In this document: positions 9,001 to 13,959 of the stretch, piece after piece
Layout: every line of letters begins with the position of its first letter
Position numbering within the stretch: position 1 is the stretch's first letter
Assembly: GCA_038998625.1 (NCBI GenBank)
Contig: JAWADS010000011.1
Location: 1 to 13,959, forward strand
Direction: 5' to 3'
Length of the DNA: 13,959 nucleotides
Origin: Candidatus Aenigmatarchaeota archaeon
Lineage (GTDB): Archaea > Aenigmatarchaeota > Aenigmatarchaeia > CG10238-14 > SCSR01
Position numbers and translations under genes: made by a program
The notes under the pieces: model-generated
What the model was told of the DNA's origin: nothing
Databases searched by the model: none
What the model saw: the letters and a program-made list of their open reading frames with translations, nothing else

Positions 9001-10067
9001 ATAATTTTAGGTGTTGCTATTAAATCTCCTTTCCTTACATCTTTTGCAAATTTCCATTCCATTCCTTTCTCTGTTCCAATTAGTAATTTATTTCCTGGGG
9101 TTACTTTTATTTCCCTCCCACTTCTTGTTTTAAATCTTATTATTTTGTGATAGCCAGGGTTATCATATTTCCATGTTTTAAGTACTTTAACTGGACATAT
9201 GGTATTATTTACAAGACCCATAATTTTGGGTTTGGATCCGTGACTTTGATATTTTTCGGTGTATTTTCCTATCGGCATTTTTTCCCCATTTTCAAGTATT
9301 ATTTCCTCGTCATGAGGCAAACAGTTATATCCGACCAAAAAGTCTGGGTCTTCTTCTCTAATTATACTGATGAAACGTTTTATGATGCCGACCTCATTCC
9401 CAACAACTTCAACATAGCTTGGTTTTTCTCTCCATTCGTGGCTTGTGATGACTTTTTTCTTTCCTTCATTTGTTACCAAGCTTAGCATTATAAGTTTTGG
9501 CTCACCGTCTTCTTCAACAAATTCGCTATCAAAAGCTAAAACTTTGAGGTTAATTGTTTTTTCAGATTCTATTGGTTTAACACTTTTTGCTTTTATAACC
9601 TTGTCCACAGCATATTCTTTATTTTCTGTTTCTTCTCCATCTACTTCAATCCATCCCATGGGCTCTAATTGCTTGTCTATTAGATATCTCTTTGTAAAAG
9701 GAATATCATACTCAAAAGTATCTTCAACCTCTTTCCAATCTTTTATCGCATCTCTCACATCTTTTAATCTTCTAGGATTACTTATTGTTATTTTTAACAG
9801 CTTTACATTTTTATTCTGCCAATTTCTTTCTACAGTTTCTACGCTTAAAATTTTCGTCTCCAATTTTTTCTCATCAAGACTTTCAATTTTCTTTTTCAAT
9901 TTTTCTAAGTTGCTATTGATAGGCAAAGCATAAAAATAATGGAAAAAGTTGGAATCCAAAACTAAAACTGTTTTACCTTTAGGATCCTTACAGTAAATTC
10001 TAATTATCCCTTTATTTTCTTCATCCAAAGTATAATCAGCATCTATGACAAAAAGTTGTTCTTCCAT
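6054..10067 (-). CDS. polB: Family B DNA polymerase (archaeal PolB3 type), 1337-aa precursor with one intein; mature protein 821 aa
   Basis: ExoI AFDSE, ExoII GYN|SDGFD (split by the intein), ExoIII YSLHD, motif A DFKSLYP, motif B KTISNATYG, motif C YGDTDS, KKRY, N-terminal EYDIPFTKRYLID, and C-terminal PIP-like QKGLVKF. Confidence 0.97.
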   Translation of the reverse strand: MEEQLFVIDADYTLDEENKGIIRIYCKDPKGKTVLVLDSNFFHYFYALPINSNLEKLKKKIESLDEKKLETKILSVETVERNWQNKNVKLLKITISNPRRLKDVRDAIKDWKEVEDTFEYDIPFTKRYLIDKQLEPMGWIEVDGEETENKEYAVDKVIKAKSVKPIESEKTINLKVLAFDSEFVEEDGEPKLIMLSLVTNEGKKKVITSHEWREKPSYVEVVGNEVGIIKRFISIIREEDPDFLVGYNCLPHDEEIILENGEKMPIGKYTEKYQSHGSKPKIMGLVNNTICPVKVLKTWKYDNPGYHKIIRFKTRSGREIKVTPGNKLLIGTEKGMEWKFAKDVRKGDLIATPKIIKVKSNIPDFIDLVRDSRYITDRKFVRWLKKLIRKKFKTYRNAAKKLNMNFNTLKSCKNFQLKKVKETILPLLGYNWRDIKGKIREIDRTRIPKIDEKLMYIGGLVAADGSIDKGSRNELYLGNTDKKLIKEFKKIIEQKFGKKVREVIIHRNNPKQKDMIHAQVSCSLLKDFLTGIGISCGNKDKSGIELSKIFSFNEKLIGAFIAGLIDGDGYIHGRTTQKQKSFYIACKNKKTKIQIKKLLTRLGIIVSLHSTGPYFIISRDNIKRIKQFILPFMKKKQKIEDFLKRCDTTDKRGNLDVLPPFVGKILQKIRERYKIKTSDFKSAPHSTIYYYEHNLSTIHRDKIKEIAEELRKRFRVKTDELDKVIHSEIFWDKIVEIREENVPVVYDLTTSSGNFVASDIIVHNSDGFDIPKIKERAEKARLSLNLGRDTTPVHIVRRGRISSARTKGRVHIDLFNFVSHILAPSLRSEVLTLDEVAQELLGIGKKEMKYKEMVEIWSKKQQLEKLTEYSLHDSELTLKLAEYLLPQIFALSRITGQLPFDVSRYTYSQLVEAFLMRKAFLDKVLIPNRPKTEEIEKRRMEPTYKGAIVIEPKKGIHSDILMFDFKSLYPTVIVTHNIDPWTFNYSPCKNKILVPEQKYYFCADEKGFIPKHLAELIERRKKIKEKMKKLKRDSKEYKLLDNEQFALKTISNATYGYFAFVGSKWYKRECGEAAASFGRFYIKKVIELAKKENFEIIYGDTDSLMLRYPEKLSPSELREIGKKFEEKVNKQLPGIIEIEFRNLYEGGIFVTREKGEVGAKKRYALIDYDGNIEIRGYEAIRRDWCELAKKIQREVLTIILKEKNPAKAIQLVRDTIKKLKEGKVDLEDLIIYEQITRPLSKYEQIGPHVKAAMKLLEKGFPIGEGTVIQFLITKGSGSISDRAFPIELVKKEQYDPDYYINHQILPASLRVLKALGYKEQDILQGETQKGLVKFIKK
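7776..9323 (-). mobile_element. Intein (516 aa, precursor residues C249-N764) with LAGLIDADG homing endonuclease
   Basis: Block A CLPHDEEIILENG, block B REIKVTPGNKLL, block C YIGGLVAADGSI, block E FIAGLIDGDGYI, blocks F/G VYDLTTSSGNFVASDIIVHN, then +1 Ser. Removing it restores GYNSDGFD. Confidence 0.96.
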
Positions 10068-10096
10068 TAAATTATCACTAATTAAAAGTTTACTTC

Positions 10097-10684
10097 TTAA
10101 ATAAAATGAATCAAAATCTCCAATTCTTCTTCTGGCACTCCAACATCTCTAAAATGGGCGACCACATCATCCACACTCATGCCCTTATTTCTTAAATTCC
10201 TTCCTGATTCTATTGTCTCATACCAAAAATAAATCCATTTATCAGTTCTATCGACAAACCAATCTGGCTCGAATTTAGAACGATATTTATGAAATAATAC
10301 GCCAACTCTAACATCTTTAGCTCCCAACTCCTTCAAGTAATTTTTAACCAACATCGAAGTTTTCCCAGTATCAGTACATTCCTCTAAAACTAAGTTCTTC
10401 TTATCTCTCACTTTTTCTGGGTAGCGAAGCGGTTTAACTATTCTTGGTTCATCTAAAGCTACACCATCCTCTAAATAATGTGTTACCCTTAAACTATCAT
10501 AAGGAACGTCAGGAAAAACATCTAATATTCTTCTCAATGGTGCGAATCCTCCACGTTCTACAACAACTATATTCTCTGGTTGATAAGATTTTTTAACCAT
10601 TAATGCTAACCTTAAAAGCATCAAATCAAATTGATTTGCAGAAACATACATTCGATTTTTCAAGTCTGAATATATTTGCGCCAT
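10097..10684 (-). CDS. Type I phosphoribosyltransferase, probably hypoxanthine/guanine/xanthine salvage
   Basis: IVVVERGG, PRPP loop LVLEECTDTGKT, VGVLFHK, and C-terminal PDWFVDRTDKWIYFWYE, typical of archaeal purine PRTases. Confidence 0.85.
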   Translation of the reverse strand: MAQIYSDLKNRMYVSANQFDLMLLRLALMVKKSYQPENIVVVERGGFAPLRRILDVFPDVPYDSLRVTHYLEDGVALDEPRIVKPLRYPEKVRDKKNLVLEECTDTGKTSMLVKNYLKELGAKDVRVGVLFHKYRSKFEPDWFVDRTDKWIYFWYETIESGRNLRNKGMSVDDVVAHFRDVGVPEEELEILIHFI

Positions 10685-10712
10685 ATTTTCTTAGTGGTTG
10701 CAAAAATATTTA

Positions 10713-11354
10713 TTATTTAAATATAAACCCTGTTTCCTCTGACCAAAATAATAAGTCTAATTCAGCTAATCGAAGATTTAAGCTATTTGCGAATTCTTTC
10801 ACCTTATTTTCTATTTGTAAATAAACTTTTTTTGTCAGAGTTTTAGGAATTTCCTTTATCACGTTATATTCTTTTAATTGCCTCAAAACATGAACATCAA
10901 GAATGGCCACATCAAAACTAAAACCAATATTTCTGATAAAATGGCTTGCTTCTTTCATTCCTAAGCCCTTAACATTCTCTACTAACCACTCCCTTAATTC
11001 ATAAACATCAATAAAAGATTGAATAAAAGTTTTTATCTGAAGCCTTCCTTCTAAAGTAAATTTTTTCCTTGCATCAACAATATACCTAGCTTTATTATCA
11101 GCAAACCTAACATTATTAAGAAAAGGTCTTATTTGTTTTTCATCTCCAACATAAAGTAAATTATTTTTCATCAAAGCTTCTATTGCTCGCCATGCTGTTG
11201 TGGCTTTAGATTGTGGCGTACACAAACAAAAAGCCAGTTCCGCAAAAATTCTTTCATCAGATTCATTAAAAACATCATGAAATTCTTTTAACCTATTTCT
11301 TATCTCGTCTTTTTTCTGCTCATATTTTTTAAGAAGAAGCTTAACATCTTTCAT
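10713..11354 (-). CDS. ogg: 8-oxoguanine DNA glycosylase/AP lyase (Ogg2 family)
   Basis: ELAFCLCTPQS, HhH motif VKGLGMKEASHFIRNIG with the catalytic Lys, AILDVH with the catalytic Asp, LDLLFW, and a C-terminal Lys. Confidence 0.93.
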   Translation of the reverse strand: MKDVKLLLKKYEQKKDEIRNRLKEFHDVFNESDERIFAELAFCLCTPQSKATTAWRAIEALMKNNLLYVGDEKQIRPFLNNVRFADNKARYIVDARKKFTLEGRLQIKTFIQSFIDVYELREWLVENVKGLGMKEASHFIRNIGFSFDVAILDVHVLRQLKEYNVIKEIPKTLTKKVYLQIENKVKEFANSLNLRLAELDLLFWSEETGFIFK

Positions 11355-11675
11355 TTACCCACGCAGTTTTATTTCAACGTGCACATTTTGTGGAATATTT
11401 ACACGCATGATTTGTCTTAAGGCCCTGTCATCAGCTTGAACATCTATTAACCTTTTGTGAATTCTCATCTCCCATTTATCAAAAGTTGCATTGCCATGGC
11501 CAGTACCATCCCCACATGGTGTTTTTAGAGTTACAACCTTAAGCTTCTTTGTTGGTAAAGGAATAGGTCCACGATAATCTATACCGAATTTTTTCGCAAC
11601 TTCGATAATCTCTCGGCTAATGGAATCTAATTCTTTTGGATCTCTTCCTGACAACTTTATTCTTGCTATCTGCAT
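11355..11675 (-). CDS. rps10: 30S ribosomal protein uS10
   Basis: ARIKLSG, GPIPLPTKKL, KTPCGDG and WEMRIHKRLID are archaeal uS10 signatures. Confidence 0.97.
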   Translation of the reverse strand: MQIARIKLSGRDPKELDSISREIIEVAKKFGIDYRGPIPLPTKKLKVVTLKTPCGDGTGHGNATFDKWEMRIHKRLIDVQADDRALRQIMRVNIPQNVHVEIKLRG

Positions 11676-12008
11676 TTATTATCGCCCTTTTATAAGCTAT
11701 TAAATTAATAGATTTATTAGAATTTAAAAAGTAAAAAATTTTAAATTTTAATTTAAAGCGAAAGTTTTATGGTCTCAAAAAATACATAAAAGCTTTATCG
11801 AGAAATTAAATTAAAATATTTAGAAATGGTGTATGAATAATTTAATATAAAGTATTAAACGAGTGGAAGTTTAGATGATTATTTGAAAAAAATTAGCTAG
11901 GGATTTGTAAGCGGCGCGACTAAAAATTTTTGACTTAACTGAAGAAGAGTTGCCTATTTATGTAATTGTTTTGGGGAAGATAAGATAATTTGCGTAATAT
12001 TATAATTT

Positions 12009-12836
12009 ATGAAGAGTTTTACTATTGGTAACAAGAGAATTCTAGCAAAAGTTTTTTTGTTTGTTAAATTTGAACATACTACTGCAAAGGAACTAATAGA
12101 CAGTATTGTTGACGACATTAAATTTTCTTCTATTGGCTACGGTGGATATAGAAGTAAAACTGCGCTCAGAAAACAGCTTTGGTTCGGAATTTTTGGTAAT
12201 GAAAGATGCATTAGAGTAAATAAATTCAACATAAGTAGTTATACAATTATCCGCAGTCTGAAGGCAACAATTTTAAAGTGTCATCAATTTTTACCAACAT
12301 CTAATTTAATATATATTTTCGTTTTCCCATGTTTTCAAAAATTTGTAAAGGATAAAATGAATGGTGTTCTTGGCTTTTCGCCATGGAAAAATACAATATT
12401 ACTTTACATTACTCCAGTTTAAAATTGGAAAGTTGCCCTACAACAAACATTATGCCATGAGTATACTCATGCTATTTCGAAATGTTACCACACAAAACAG
12501 ACAGTTCTTGATAGGCTTATATTTGAGGGCGCGGCCGAATATTTTAGGATGCGTATACTTGGGGGGAAGAAATCGCCATGGGTTGCCGCTTTAACAAAAA
12601 ATGATTCTTTTACGCTTCTAAAGCAAATAAGACATAAACTATTTTCAACTGATAGAAAACTTCAACAAAATCTATTTTATGGTGCCACTTATCCACTTTG
12701 GGCTGGATACTCTGTCAGTTATTATTTAGTTAAAGATTTCTTAAAAAATAGGGACAATAATAATCTGAAAGAACTAGTGACGTTTGGATCAAGATCAAAA
12801 GAGTTTCGAAAATTTTTAAGAGAAAATATTTTATAA
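12009..12836 (+). pseudogene. DUF2268-like putative Zn-dependent protease interrupted by one in-frame TAA (12420-12422)
   Basis: ORFs 12009..12422 and 12549..12836 share a frame. The sequence between them is open and reads NWKVALQQTLCHEYTHAISKCYHTKQTVLDRLIFEGAAEYFR (HExxH plus EGxAE), followed later by YPLWAGYSVSYYLV. Confidence 0.8.
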
Positions 12837-12843
12837 TAAACAT

Positions 12844-13155
12844 TTAGACTTTGAATTGAATACCAAATTGTTTTGAGAGATTTTTATCAAAAAACCTTGA
12901 GTCTAAATTTTGCTTGTGCCTTTGCCACGTCAGCCAATTTTTCAACCTGCTTGTAAAAATATAAGAATGGCCTAAATCTTTCGCAACATTTGATGGAGAC
13001 TGGTTCATAACATATAGTCTGTATAGAACTGGGTCTAAGACCTTGTAAACATCTTCTGGAAGGATATTATTAGGCATTTCGCCAAAATAATCTTTTACCT
13101 TGTCCCTATTTGTGCCCGCATTAATTGGACGTCGACAAATTATCGAATCGCGTAC
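12844..13155 (-). pseudogene. Probable gene remnant resembling the C-terminus of NH3-dependent NAD synthetase; alternatively a small HTH-like protein (12844..13077)
   Basis: The frame stays open upstream of ATG 13077 up to tandem TAG codons at 13156-13161. SII..RP, YKVLDPVLYRL, VAKDLG and QRHKQ follow the order of NadE C-terminal motifs. Judged by eye only. Confidence 0.35.
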
Positions 13156-13493
13156 CTACTATGCGTTTTCATGTCACATAACATTAAACTGATAGAATAT
13201 CACGAGCAAAAAGTATAAATCCTTTAGAGCCATAGGAAAGAAAGAAGTTGTATTCAATGTTTACAGTATTTTAAAAATGAAGATTAAGCTGCAGAAGATT
13301 TCAACTTAAGAAAAATAACGATGACTTATGAAAATGAAAGTGTGAGTGGCTGTCCGTTTTCATTGCTATACAAGAATTTTTAAAAGGGAGATGGTATAGA
13401 ACTAAGGTCCTATGCAAATTAGAGAGCTGATTAGTAAGCTATTCCTAAATCGGTATAGGTACAGATACCTAGCATAATAGGATAAAGAATTAA

Positions 13494-13769
13494 TTATCTT
13501 TTCATTTTTGAAATAATTCTTCTACTTTCCTCTTTAGCCTCTTCTATTTCTTTTTCTATTTCTTTTCTAGTCATCTTTCTAGCCTTAGTTTGTTTTTGTA
13601 GCTTTGCGGTCATTTCTTCTAAAGTTCTAATCCTCTCTTGACTGTATAGAAGCTGTTTTACAGCAAACCTAACAAATTCTGTCTTAGTTGCATACTCTCC
13701 AGCCTTAACTAAAGTCTCTATCTTCTTCAGATCTTTTTCAGGCAGGTTTAATAGTATTTTTCGGCCCAT
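13494..13769 (-). CDS. Ribbon-helix-helix (CopG/ParD-like) regulator or antitoxin, 91 aa
   Basis: MGRKILLNLPEKDLKKIETLVKAGEYATKTEFVRFAVKQLL is an RHH pattern. SD-like GGGTG lies 4 nt before ATG 13769, so the start at 13907 in the ORF track is probably wrong. Confidence 0.85.
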   Translation of the reverse strand: MGRKILLNLPEKDLKKIETLVKAGEYATKTEFVRFAVKQLLYSQERIRTLEEMTAKLQKQTKARKMTRKEIEKEIEEAKEESRRIISKMKR

Positions 13770-13824
13770 AATACACCCTATAATGAATATATAGAAAATA
13801 TATATTTTACATATATTTAAATCT

Positions 13825-13959
13825 TTACAGTAGCTCTCTAGTCTTCCAGATTCTGAATTTGTCTTTAACAACTTCAAAATCTGTATCTGTAGACCATATC
13901 CCATCATGATTTTCTATAGTTAGAGCCAAAGCTACTAATGGGATATCAGACTTATCTCT
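13825..13959 (-). CDS. PIN-domain (VapC-like) nuclease, C-terminal 44 aa (5' part outside the window; not in the ORF track)
   Basis: Manual translation RDKSDIPLVALALTIENHDGIWSTDTDFEVVKDKFRIWKTRELL*. RDxxD..ALAL..IWSxDxDF is the PIN C-terminal acidic signature. Confidence 0.85.
   Translation of the reverse strand, partial: RDKSDIPLVALALTIENHDGIWSTDTDFEVVKDKFRIWKTRELL

Noticed and set aside
7135..9933. Six plus-strand ORFs antisense to polB and its intein
   Set aside because: Their Phe/Ser/Leu/Ile-rich composition is what the reverse complement of a Lys/Glu-rich gene gives; no motifs.
11676..12008. Replication origin, tRNA or CRISPR array in the AT-rich spacers (also 13160-13490)
   Set aside because: I saw no ORB or G-string repeats, no GC-rich cloverleaf or TTCGA T-loop context, and no regularly spaced direct repeats.
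12420..12422. Stop-codon reassignment or Sec/Pyl recoding
   Set aside because: The codon is TAA, which ends nearly every gene here; Sec uses TGA and Pyl uses TAG.
12361..12594. 77-aa ORF as a frameshift bridge between the protease halves
   Set aside because: The halves already share a frame, and that frame holds the HExxH motif; no frameshift is needed.
13456..13471. Inverted repeat TAGGTA-CAGA-TACCTA downstream of the RHH gene
   Set aside because: A 6-bp stem without a U-tract is expected by chance and is too weak to call a terminator or operator.
13770..13907. 46-aa N-terminal extension of the RHH ORF
   Set aside because: It overlaps the PIN gene in another frame and the AT-rich spacer; ATG 13769 has an SD and starts at the RHH fold.

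Overview
AT-rich, gene-dense archaeal chromosome segment. Class I LysRS, Orc1/Cdc6, type II MetAP, archaeal PolB and uS10 point to Archaea; the compact layout and scrambled gene order suggest a DPANN-type lineage, which is an inference only. The left part holds lysS (3' part), alaX, cdc6 and a hypothetical gene, then a convergent HAD phosphatase and a divergent map. Between map and polB are three microproteins missing from the ORF track: a 55-aa gene with a strong SD and two convergent Cys4 zinc-finger genes. A minus-strand run follows: rps10, ogg, a purine PRTase and polB. PolB carries a 516-aa LAGLIDADG intein inserted in the ExoII proofreading motif rather than in polymerase motifs A/B/C, and its block-B His is replaced by Asn. 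The right end is an accessory, partly decayed region: a DUF2268-like HExxH protease broken by one in-frame TAA, a possible NadE-like remnant, an RHH gene, and the 3' end of a PIN-domain gene. I found no RNA genes, CRISPR array or IS element.
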